From contig CBDFJG010000004.1 of the NCBI GenBank assembly GCA_965248445.1, positions 1,728,001 through 1,792,000 on the forward strand: DNA of 64,000 nucleotides. The letters run 5' to 3'. The stretch comes from Planctomycetota bacterium (lineage in GTDB: Bacteria > Planctomycetota > JAJSAM01 > JAJVHW01). A model generated the notes under the pieces. It did not search any database and was not told the origin of the DNA. It saw only the letters and a list, made by a program, of their open reading frames with translations. Numbering within the stretch: the stretch's first letter is position 1; each line of letters begins with the position of its first letter. The position numbers and the translations under genes are program-made. Positions 50,507 through 59,306 of this stretch are shown piece after piece.

Positions 50507-50734
50507 GATATTCGTCAGGATGTCGCCGACGGTGTCCATCGCAGCGGCTTCCTCGTCGCTGATCTCGATGCCGAGCTTGTCCTCGAGGTCCACCAGCAAG
50601 CGGAGTGCGTTCGGGGAGTCGATGCCCAGGTCTGCGACCAGGTCTTGCTCCGGCTTGATCTCGGCGCGGTCCAGACCCGTGATGTCGCAGAGGACCGCGT
50701 ACACGGCGTCTTCCTGGCTCACAGCGTCACCCAT
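50495..50734 (-). CDS. Acyl carrier protein
   Basis: Acidic ~75 aa, DLGIDS (phosphopantetheine Ser), LEDKLGIEI, TVGD. Confidence 0.92.
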   Translation of the reverse strand: MGDAVSQEDAVYAVLCDITGLDRAEIKPEQDLVADLGIDSPNALRLLVDLEDKLGIEISDEEAAAMDTVGDILTNISAR

Positions 50735-50761
50735 CGACCCATCCTCCCGTGACTCCCGCCG

Positions 50762-52468
50762 CTACCCGCTCTCCGGCCGCGACTCGGGGGCGTCCAATCG
50801 CGCGATCTCGCGCGCAAGGTAACGCCGCCGCAGCTCACCCCGTTTGACCTTCCCGCTGGACGTCTTCGGAATCTCGCCCCGCCGCACGAAGGCAACGTCG
50901 GCGAGCGGCAGGCCCATGTCCCTCCCGATGCGGCGGCGCACGTCGGCGGTGATCCCGTCGAGGTCCGGCCCGGACTCCGGATCGACCTCGATGACGAGGA
51001 CCGCAGCCTCCGTTCCCGATGCGGCCGGCACCGCGAATGCGCCGGTGCGGCAGGTGCCGCCCCCACCGGACGCCTCCTCGGCATGGCGCTCGAGTTCGGT
51101 CGGCATCACGTTGTCGCCACCGACGATGATCAGGTCCTTGATGCGGCCGGTGAGGTACAGCTCGCCGTCGGCCACGAAGCCGAGATCACCCGTGTGCAGC
51201 CAGCCGTCCCGCACGCACTCGGCAGTTGCCTCCGCATCGTCGTGGTAGCCGGAGAACAGCCCATCACCCCGCGTGCAGACCTCGCCGACCGTCTCCTCGG
51301 GGAGCGCGGAACCGTCCGGTGCGGAGACGCGCACTTCCATCCCGAGCACGGGCGCTCCGCAACTCGCGACGTCGCCGGCCTCGGTCGAACCCTCCGGCGC
51401 CGGTCGCGAGCGCACGCCCTCGCGCCGCTTGTCCATGCTGACGGTGAGCGTCGTCTCGGCCATGCCATACGCCGCCACGAGCGCCGCGCGGTCGAATCCG
51501 AGTGGCGCGAAGCGCTCGCAGAACGCGGCCGAGGTCGCCGGACGGACCATCTCGGCGCCCGTCACGGTCGCAGCCCAATTCGACAGGTCCACGCCCTCGA
51601 GCCGCTTCGCTTCGGCCCGGTCCACCAGAGTCTGGTAGGCGAAGTTCGGCGCGCCGCTGAACACGTGATCCGCCGCCGAGATTGCATGGAGCCACGACTC
51701 GGGCCGGCCGAGGAACGCGCGCTGCGAGTGGAACCAGACGGAGTGCCCCTGCACGAGCGAGAACAAGAGACACCCGACGAGACCCATGTCGTGGTGCAGC
51801 GGCAGCCACGAAACGAGCGCCCCGCCCGCGTCGCGCGTCTGCGGACGCGGCGTGGCGTCCGCAATCGCCTCGGTAGTGGCGACCGCCGCGCGGTGCGAGA
51901 TCGAGACCGCGCGCGGCAGTCCCGTCGAACCGCTCGTGAATTGCAGGAACGCGACGTCCTCACCGGTGCGGCTGACTACGCCGCCTCGCGACACGTCGCG
52001 AGCGGCGAACGCCTCGGAGGTCGTCATGCGCGCTGCCAGCTCGGCCTCGCCGAGCTCCGCCGCGCGCTTCACGGTGAGTTCGCTCGCGACGACGAGCGGC
52101 GGATCCAAGCGCGTGGTGAGCTCTGCGAGGACGCGGAACTGCTGGCCCGACGCCCCCAGCGCACTAGGCGGCGCAACGGCCACCGGATACGCGCCGGCGA
52201 GCAGCGCACCGAACCAGACGTCCAGGAACTCCCACGAGGCCGGCAGGCACACGAACACCGGCCGCCGTTCGTGGTTGACCAGCGAGGCGACGCGCCCGGC
52301 TGCGCGCTTCCAGGTGCGCTGCAGCGCGGCCCACGAGCGCAGCTCGCCTGGGCGGCCCCGGCGGTCGGTGAACAGGATCCCGCGGCCGGGTGACCGCTCC
52401 GCGGTGCGCGCGAGCGCGCCGAGGAGATCGTCGGGGAGGTCGCCCGCGAGGGTCACGACCGTCGACAC
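50762..52468 (-). CDS. Fatty acyl-AMP ligase (FAAL)
   Basis: LQFTSGSTGLPR, SWLPLHHDMGLVG, APNFAY, YGMAE, TGDLG, GRIKDLIIVGG, IPKTSSGK; adjacent to an ACP. Confidence 0.9.
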   Translation of the reverse strand: MSTVVTLAGDLPDDLLGALARTAERSPGRGILFTDRRGRPGELRSWAALQRTWKRAAGRVASLVNHERRPVFVCLPASWEFLDVWFGALLAGAYPVAVAPPSALGASGQQFRVLAELTTRLDPPLVVASELTVKRAAELGEAELAARMTTSEAFAARDVSRGGVVSRTGEDVAFLQFTSGSTGLPRAVSISHRAAVATTEAIADATPRPQTRDAGGALVSWLPLHHDMGLVGCLLFSLVQGHSVWFHSQRAFLGRPESWLHAISAADHVFSGAPNFAYQTLVDRAEAKRLEGVDLSNWAATVTGAEMVRPATSAAFCERFAPLGFDRAALVAAYGMAETTLTVSMDKRREGVRSRPAPEGSTEAGDVASCGAPVLGMEVRVSAPDGSALPEETVGEVCTRGDGLFSGYHDDAEATAECVRDGWLHTGDLGFVADGELYLTGRIKDLIIVGGDNVMPTELERHAEEASGGGGTCRTGAFAVPAASGTEAAVLVIEVDPESGPDLDGITADVRRRIGRDMGLPLADVAFVRRGEIPKTSSGKVKRGELRRRYLAREIARLDAPESRPESG

Positions 52469-52478
52469 TCCACGGGGA

Positions 52479-53306
52479 TCAGCCCTCTTCCGAGACCGCC
52501 TCGGTGAGCGAGGCGTTCTGCCACTCACGCTGGCCCGTCTCGATCGACTTCATGAGCCGCGTACGGCACTCCTCGCGCAGCTGCTCGAAGAAGTCGTCGG
52601 GGGACTCCATCCCGAATTCGTCCGTGTCGGCTTCGAGCGCCTGCAGGATCGGCGGCACGCGCTCGAGCACGTACTCGAGCCGCTCGAGAAGCGTCTCGGA
52701 CATCTCGCCCGCGCTCGCCTCGTTCTCCGCGAACGCCCCCTGAAATCGGTCGGCGAGGAAGATGTGATTGAAGCCGAGGTGTCGGGACTCGTCCTCCAGC
52801 ACGCGTGTGCACGCGTCGTCGAGCACGGGGTCCACGTGTGCGTCGCGGATCTGCTCGAGCGAGCGCTTCGCGAGTACCTCGGAGATGAGCGAGCCGGTGA
52901 GCCACTGCATCGGGTCATCGCACATGATCGCGCTCTGGAACAGGTAGCCCGGGGGGAACCGCCGGATCGACAGGGGCTCGCTGTCGATCCGGCCGTAGTA
53001 CCGCGTGAACAGCTCAACGTGCTTCGACTCGTCCATCAGCATCGAAGTGAGGAAGAACTGCCCCTCGACCTCCGAGGTGCGCCCCAGGATCTGGATGATC
53101 TGCGTGATGGAGTAGAGCGCGGCCTGCTCGCCCATCAAGATGGGGCTGAGCGCGCGTGCGAGCGAGCGGCGGTGGCTGTCCTTCTCGAGCGCGCCCGGCG
53201 CGAACCAGTCGATGTCCGCCGGCGACCAAGTGATCTTGATCGCCTTGTGCCAGAGCTTCATCTGCTTGCGCTGCTTCAGATCGGGAAGCGTCTTGTAGAT
53301 CCGCAT
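52479..53306 (-). CDS. Ferritin-like dimetal-carboxylate enzyme (R2lox/AurF/RNR-beta-like)
   Basis: Ligand pattern GEQAA...DESKH...SEVLA...DESRH; N-terminal WHKA...WSPADIDW. Confidence 0.85.
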   Translation of the reverse strand: MRIYKTLPDLKQRKQMKLWHKAIKITWSPADIDWFAPGALEKDSHRRSLARALSPILMGEQAALYSITQIIQILGRTSEVEGQFFLTSMLMDESKHVELFTRYYGRIDSEPLSIRRFPPGYLFQSAIMCDDPMQWLTGSLISEVLAKRSLEQIRDAHVDPVLDDACTRVLEDESRHLGFNHIFLADRFQGAFAENEASAGEMSETLLERLEYVLERVPPILQALEADTDEFGMESPDDFFEQLREECRTRLMKSIETGQREWQNASLTEAVSEEG

Positions 53307-53395
53307 CGCGGCCCTCCGCCGCCCGGTATACCGCCCCGCCCGGGAGGACTTCCCGTTCTGGCGGGGCGAGGCGCCGGGGGCGCTACCCTTCTCCG

Positions 53396-55642
53396 ATGCG
53401 ACTCCTCTCCCTCGCCGCTCTCGCCGTGGTCGGTGCCGTCGCACCTGCCGCCCTCGCCCAGGACACGGCTCCGCGGCACAGGCCGCTGGTCGAACTGTTC
53501 ACCTCACAGGGTTGAAGCAGCTGCCCGAAAGCCGACGAGTTCGTCGGCGAGTTGACGACGCCCGAGTTCCTCGCCGGTGCCACCGTCATCACCTGGCACG
53601 TGGACTACTGGGACTACCTGGGCTACGAGGATCCCTACGGCAAGTCAGAGCACACGCGGCGACAGCAGCTGTACCGAAAGCACCGCGCACCGAAGCACTT
53701 CGGTACACCACAGATCGCGATCGCGAACGAGTTCCTGCCCTGGGAGAAGGGCGCGTACGCGCGGGTTCCGGATCTCATCGCGGAGGCGAAGAAGAACGCG
53801 CCGTCGTTCAACCTCGTCGCGTCCATCGAGCGCGATGAACGAGGCGTCGTCGTCCACGCCGAACTGGATGCGATCGGCGAGCAGAGCACCGACGGTCTGG
53901 TGCTCCGCCCGGTACTGCTGCTGCGCGAGGCGAGGACCGACGTCACTGCAGGTGAGAACGAAGGAAAGACGCTGACGGAGTGGTTCGTGGCGCTGACAAC
54001 GGCCGTCCTGCCGGCGTCGCAAGCCGTCGACGGCGTGGCGAAGTTCCACCTGAAGGACACGACCGCGCACAGTGCGGAGCAGCTCGCAGTCGCCGTGCTT
54101 GTCGAGCGCGTCGACGACCTGCGCACGCTCGACTCGTGGTTCCTCGGCGTTGCTCCGCCGGCCGAGAGGCCCGACCGCGAGCACGACGACCAGCACATGG
54201 AGTCGGCGCTCGCCGCGGCCGGTGACAACGCCGTACAGCTCGAGCGGTTCCTCAAGCACTACGAAGACGACGAACAGAAGAGCACTGCGGCCCGCTGGCT
54301 CGTGGAGAACATGGAGGGCAAGGGCTACGTCGTCACCGAACTGCGCAACGCCAAGGGCGAGACGGTGCCGTTCGACACGCTCTCGTACAAGACGTACGCC
54401 GAATCGCTCTCGGCGATCGAGGCGCTCGAGAAGGAGCACGGCGAACTCGAGTTCGCGCGGGACCGGATCGTCGAGGACCTGGCTACAGTCACCGCGGAGT
54501 TCCTGATTCGCCGTACGGACCAGGCAATCGCAGCGTGGCGTGCGCAGCCGGCATCCCGGCGCGTCGACTTCGACACGTTCCTGAACCACGTCCTCCCCTA
54601 CCGCGGCAGCCAGGAGCCTCTGGACGACTGGATCGGCCCGCTGCGTGAGCGGACGGGTGAGATCGCCGCGGGACTGCCCCAGAACGCCGGGATCGACGAG
54701 CTCTACCGGGCGCTCAACAAGGACGTGAACTCCCGGGTGAAGTTCAACGAGCGCTTCTACCTGCACCCGACGGACCAGAGCTTCGGTGAGATGCTCGAGA
54801 GCGGCCAGGGCCGCTGCGAGGACATCACGAACATGATCACATACGCCGCGCGCAGCGCGGCGCTGGCGACGGCCGCGGACTACACGCCGTGGTGGGCGCA
54901 CCGCGACAACAACCACGCCTGGAACGTGCTCCTCGACCAGAACGGTGTGGGCGCCGACAAGGCGCAGTCCCATGCGGCGAAGATCTACCGCAAGACGTTC
55001 GCCGTCCAGCGGAACGCGCTCGCGTTCCAGCTACCTGAGGGCCGCGAGGCAGCAAACCGGTTCATGGCGAGCACGACGTACGTGGACGTCACCGACCAGT
55101 ACCGCGAGACCAAAGATGTCGGCACGTGGATCATCTCACCCGATCATGCCCTCGAGCGCTTCGCGTACCTCTGCGTGTTCAACGGCGGCGAGTGGAAGGC
55201 GATCCAGTGGGCGCCGGTCCACTACGCGTACGCGAAGTTCGCAAAGATGGGCCGCGACATCCTGTACCTGCCGGCGCTGCACGACGGCGACCGGCTGATC
55301 CCAGCGAACGCACCGCTCACCGTCGACGACGAAGGCGAGCGTTGGCCGCTGGCGGGCAAGGACCCCGGCACGAGCTTGCTCGCTACCTCCACCAAGCCGA
55401 GGCAGAAGAGCGCGGAGACCGGCGAGGTCACGCCCATCTCGCACCTGACCGCGGGCACCGAGTACACGCTGAAGCGGTGGGCTGACGGGGACTGGGTCGA
55501 CGTCGCGACGGTCATCGCCGGCAAGGAACCGCTGCGTTTCGACGACCTGCCGGAGGACGCGCTCTACTGGCTGGTGGCCAAGGACTCACGCAGGCTCGAG
55601 CGCCCGTTCACGATCCAGGAAGGCCGCCAGCGCTTCTGGTAG
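53396..55642 (+). CDS. Secreted selenoprotein: DUF1223 (U-S-S-C) fused to a transglutaminase-like domain, 748 aa, Sec at codon 40 (TGA 53513-53515)
   Basis: MRLLSLAALAVVGAVAPAALAQ signal, VELFTSQG-TGA-SSCPKAD in frame with HVDYWDYLG..DPY, TPQ, GENEGKTL; then GRCED and NHAWN. Confidence 0.9.
53516..53554 (+). promoter_or_regulatory. Candidate bacterial SECIS element
   Basis: UGA-AG-CAGCU-(GCCCGAAA)-GCCGACG-AGUU-CGUCGGC-G-AGUUG: perfect 7-bp upper stem, GU in the loop 22 nt after the UGA, 5-bp lower stem. Confidence 0.78.
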
Positions 55643-55705
55643 CTGACGCGGCGATGCGTGTGCGGGCGAGGGCGAGGGTGGAACCCCGCCCGGAATCGGC
55701 AGGGA

Positions 55706-55939
55706 CTAGCTGGGCCCGCCACCGAAGCCGTCATCGACGCTGCCGGTGACGCTCTCATCTCGCTGGCGCCCGCCGAGCCACAGCCCGGCGCCCACGACAC
55801 CGAACCCGATGCGGATCACCCAGGCGACGGTCTCGCCCCAGTTGTTGATCCACATGAGGAGCCGCAACTCGCGCCCCATCATGTGCCAGATCACCGAGAA
55901 CACCGCCGCGAGCACCATGTACATGCCGATGCGCTGCAC
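55706..55939 (-). CDS. Small membrane protein
   Basis: gaggagg SD, hydrophobic segments, LMWINNWGETVAWVIR motif. Confidence 0.7.
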   Translation of the reverse strand: MQRIGMYMVLAAVFSVIWHMMGRELRLLMWINNWGETVAWVIRIGFGVVGAGLWLGGRQRDESVTGSVDDGFGGGPS

Positions 55940-56011
55940 CTGAACCTCCTCGCCCGGACGGGCTCTTCTCTCCTCTACTTCGTCCGAGGGCGGCGGCGCC
56001 CTCAGCGAGGC

Positions 56012-56407
56012 TCAGCCGTCCTGCCGGTCGTCGAGCTGCAGACGCTGCCACTCGCGCTCGCGTCGCAACCCGGTGAACAGCCACACCAGGCCGGGGACTG
56101 CGAGACACGAGAGCGGGATCATGACCAGGCAGTGGACGAACGTGGCGCTGGCCGCATAGCGCCAGCCGCGAAGGCGCGCAATCGCCACGGGAGCGGTCAC
56201 GACTGCTGCGTACGTCCAGACCGCGACGGGCAACCCCAAGACCCACGGATCGCCGTCATCTTGGCGTGCCAACAGCATCGCGACGAACAACAGCGACAGC
56301 ACTCCCGTGAGGCCGAGTAGCGCCAGCACCGAAGTCCACATCGTGTAGCCCCGGCTCAACTGCGGCGGTTCGGGGGCGCCGGAAGTCGAGGACAGATCGT
56401 CGCCCAC
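56012..56407 (-). CDS. Hypothetical membrane protein (3-4 TM)
   Basis: Hydrophobic helices; ggagga SD before GTG at 56407. Confidence 0.6.
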   Translation of the reverse strand: MGDDLSSTSGAPEPPQLSRGYTMWTSVLALLGLTGVLSLLFVAMLLARQDDGDPWVLGLPVAVWTYAAVVTAPVAIARLRGWRYAASATFVHCLVMIPLSCLAVPGLVWLFTGLRREREWQRLQLDDRQDG

Positions 56408-56437
56408 GCGTCTCGTCTCCTCCGGACAGGCCAACGA

Positions 56438-57664
56438 CTACAGGAAATAGTCGAGGCGTTCGTCGCCGGCGAGGGCGTGTGCGTCGATGTCGTCGTCGCT
56501 CTTGACCAGACCGTCCAGCCACCAGTTGACGTCGTGGTAGAGGCAGGTGACCTCCGCGCACTCGGCCTGGGCGTCGAACGTGGCGAGCTGTCCGGAGAGG
56601 CTCTCGTTCGTCGCGTTCGCCGTGCCGTCGTCCTGGAACGCCTCCTTGCCTGCGATGCGCGCGCGGTCCACGCCGCGATAGGCCGGGCAGTTGTAGAGGC
56701 CGGTCGGCGTGAGCACCTGGCGGAGCGCCTGCATGTGGCACATGTGCGGCTGGTGCGTGAAGTCACGCCAGTTGCCCGCTTCGAGGACGCGCAGGTTGGT
56801 TGACTCGAGCACCTGGAACGTGTCCGTCGCGTACGTCTTGCACTCGTCGACCAGCCCGCGGATGCGCTTCGTCATCGCCGCGAGCTCGTACTGCGCCTTC
56901 TCCGGATCCATGACCTCGGAGCCGGTCTCGCTGCGGACCAGGAACGGTTTGAGCGAGATGTAGTCGAACTGGTGGTCGCGGGCGAGCTTGGTGGCGGTCA
57001 CCATCTCGTGGAAGTTCTCGACGATGTTGACGTCGTCGCGCATGGCGCCCTTCCACACGATGATGAAGCTGAAGCCGTAGCGGAACTTCGGGTTGACGAG
57101 CTTGGTCTTCGGCACCCACTCGCACAGCGACTCGAGCGTGATCGACTTGTTGATCGGCTTGTGCATGCGGATGAATGTGTCGTTCGTGCCGGAGTCGAGG
57201 GACAGGCGCACCCAGTCGCGCTCGTCGAGGCAATCCGCGACCTCGTGGATCTTCTTGCCGCCGCTGCCGTTGGTGACGACCGCGATCTGCAATCCGAGGT
57301 CCTTCATGTAGCGCACCATGCCCACGAAGCCCGGGTACACGGTCGGTTCGCCGCCGCCGATGATGATCACGCTGCGCAGGCCACGGTCGCGCATCTCGCG
57401 CAGCGAGTCGCGCAGGACCTGCTCGTCGTGGTTGTTCTTCGTGTTGAGGATGTCCCAGTCGATGCAGTGATCGCAGCGGTAGTTGCAGGCGGTCGTGAGA
57501 TCGAGGTTGATCGAGATCGGCGCAATGCGCGGCGCCACCGGCGGTGTCTCGCCGGCCGCTTCGGCCCGGCGCACGCCGCGACGCCAGTTCACGTAGTCGA
57601 GAACCAGCGGCAGCACGGCGGGCTGCCGCAGCTTGCCGGTGAAGTCATGGATCGCGTGAGCCAT
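56438..57664 (-). CDS. Radical SAM protein with Cys-containing C-terminal (twitch/SPASM-like) extension
   Basis: CNYRCDHC (CxxxCxxC), GGGEP, VTNG, RLSLD; C-terminal CHM...YNCP...CAEVTC. Confidence 0.92.
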   Translation of the reverse strand: MAHAIHDFTGKLRQPAVLPLVLDYVNWRRGVRRAEAAGETPPVAPRIAPISINLDLTTACNYRCDHCIDWDILNTKNNHDEQVLRDSLREMRDRGLRSVIIIGGGEPTVYPGFVGMVRYMKDLGLQIAVVTNGSGGKKIHEVADCLDERDWVRLSLDSGTNDTFIRMHKPINKSITLESLCEWVPKTKLVNPKFRYGFSFIIVWKGAMRDDVNIVENFHEMVTATKLARDHQFDYISLKPFLVRSETGSEVMDPEKAQYELAAMTKRIRGLVDECKTYATDTFQVLESTNLRVLEAGNWRDFTHQPHMCHMQALRQVLTPTGLYNCPAYRGVDRARIAGKEAFQDDGTANATNESLSGQLATFDAQAECAEVTCLYHDVNWWLDGLVKSDDDIDAHALAGDERLDYFL

Positions 57665-57676
57665 CGAGTCTCCTGC

Positions 57677-58633
57677 CTATCCCGAACGCGCGAACCCGTC
57701 GACCACGTCCATCAGCGCTTGCATGCGCCACGTGATCGACTCGCCCCGCGCGAACTCCGGCCCCGCCGCCTCGCCCCGCACGGCCGCCACGAAGCCGGCC
57801 ACGAGTCCCGCGAGCGGGTCGGGCACCGGCACCGTCCGGCCGTCGTGCTCGAACGACAGCGCGTAGTCCTCCATGCGCACGCGGCGTTCGGCGGACACGC
57901 CGTTCAGCGCATACCCCGCCGGACGCGGCTGCTCGCGCTTTCGGGCGAGCCGCACACGCACCACCGACCCGCCCTCCACCGTGGAGACCCGGAACAGTGC
58001 TTCAAGTCTCCCCGCGTCCTGTGCAACCGTCGAGAAACACAGCCCCTCGATCGGTCCGGAGGGCGCCATCAGCGCCTGCACGAGGCTGAGCGGATGGCTC
58101 ATCGAGTCCGCGATCATCCCGGCGCCGCCGCTGGTGGGAGACAGCCACATCTCGACGTGCCGCACGGGCGCGTCCCTGACCGTCGGGTGCAGCTGACGGT
58201 AAGCCGGCAGCGTGAGCGGCCACTGGACACACTCCCACAGCGGCAGGCCCGCCGCGGCAAACGTGGAGACGTGGTGCGCGGTGCGCACGGCGTCGTCCTC
58301 CGTCCCCCACACGAACGGCTTCTCGCACAGGACCGGCAACCCTGCGGCACAGGCCTCTGTGAGGTACCCATCGTGCGTTGCGGGAGGCGCGGCGATGACC
58401 AGCCCGTCCAGGGGGTGGTCGTCCAAGAGGCTCGCCAGAGACGGATAGCCCGCGGCCTGGATCCCGTGTCCCGCCAGAACCGTTCTGCCCTCGTCGAGAG
58501 TCTCCTGCCGGCTGCCGATGAACGCCGGCACCTCCGCCCCGGCCGCGACCAACCACCTCGCGATGTGCTCGCCGAGCCCCTGTCGTCGGCGGACGACGCC
58601 GACGACACCGATCCGAGGGGCTCGCGCAGTCAT
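57677..58633 (-). CDS. Gfo/Idh/MocA-family oxidoreductase
   Basis: RIGVVG, IAAPPATH, VLCEKP, DSMSHPLS. Confidence 0.88.
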   Translation of the reverse strand: MTARAPRIGVVGVVRRRQGLGEHIARWLVAAGAEVPAFIGSRQETLDEGRTVLAGHGIQAAGYPSLASLLDDHPLDGLVIAAPPATHDGYLTEACAAGLPVLCEKPFVWGTEDDAVRTAHHVSTFAAAGLPLWECVQWPLTLPAYRQLHPTVRDAPVRHVEMWLSPTSGGAGMIADSMSHPLSLVQALMAPSGPIEGLCFSTVAQDAGRLEALFRVSTVEGGSVVRVRLARKREQPRPAGYALNGVSAERRVRMEDYALSFEHDGRTVPVPDPLAGLVAGFVAAVRGEAAGPEFARGESITWRMQALMDVVDGFARSG

Positions 58634-58821
58634 GCCGACGACTCCGCGCGCGCAGCAGCGCGTCCTCGCAACCGTGTCGACTTGGGCGGGACGCCAATCG
58701 GGAGGGCGCGCCGGATGCGCAGCAAGCGGCGTGACCGACCTCCTCCGAAGCGGTCGAAGACCGCGGAGGAGGGTGTGATGCGAGCGCCGGGTGGCGCATC
58801 GAGCGCAGCGCGATCGGCGTG

Positions 58822-58893
58822 CCACCTGGCAGTGAGCCCCTGCCGTCGTCGGACGACACCGACGACTCCGATCCGGGGCGGGCTCGCGGCCAT
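58822..58893 (-). pseudogene. Diverged 5' fragment duplicating the start of the Gfo/Idh/MocA gene
   Basis: MAASPPRIGVVGVVRRRQGL-TARW versus MTARAPRIGVVGVVRRRQGL-GEHIARW; nucleotide differences are mostly third-position. Confidence 0.7.
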
Positions 58894-58956
58894 GCGTGCG
58901 GTTGTACCCGACCCCGCGGCCGCTCAGGCCGCGAGCCGGAGGGCCGGCCCTTAACT

Positions 58957-58984
58957 ATTTAACTATTTCGCTATATTGTTAAAT
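58957..58984. promoter_or_regulatory. AT-rich inverted repeat ATTTAAC-N14-GTTAAAT, probable ArsR autoregulatory operator
   Basis: The most AT-rich patch noticed in the window; overlaps the TATTGT -10 and abuts the ArsR ATG. Confidence 0.7.
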
Positions 58985-58985
58985 T

Positions 58986-59306
58986 ATGAAGCAGTCAGCG
59001 CGGGTCTTTCGCGCCCTGGCCGATCCCACGCGGCGGCAGATCCTGCAGGAGCTCGGCGACGACGAGCTCTGCGCGGGGGACATCGTCTCCCGCTTCTCGA
59101 TCTCGGCGCCCGCGGTCTCGCGGCACCTCTCGATCTTGAAGTCCGCCGAACTGATCGACGAGCGGCGCGAGGGCACGCGCATCTACTACCGCGTGATGGC
59201 CGAACGGCTGGCGCACTGCCTCTCCGCGTTCCTCGGATCGGTCTGCCCTACGCAGGTCGGCATTCGGCGCAAGGCGGCGAGGCGAACGAAGGGCAGGCGT
59301 ACATGA
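58986..59306 (+). CDS. ArsR/SmtB family repressor (SdpR-like)
   Basis: FRALADPTRRQIL...SAPAVSRHLSILKSAELI...REG..IYY. Confidence 0.93.
   Translation: MKQSARVFRALADPTRRQILQELGDDELCAGDIVSRFSISAPAVSRHLSILKSAELIDERREGTRIYYRVMAERLAHCLSAFLGSVCPTQVGIRRKAARRTKGRRT

Noticed and set aside
50495..53306. Calling the cassette jamABC (terminal alkyne) or cylABC
   Set aside because: The enzyme is a soluble DExxH ferritin-like protein, not a His-box membrane desaturase, and it is shorter than the CylC enzymes I recall. Only the architecture is analogous.
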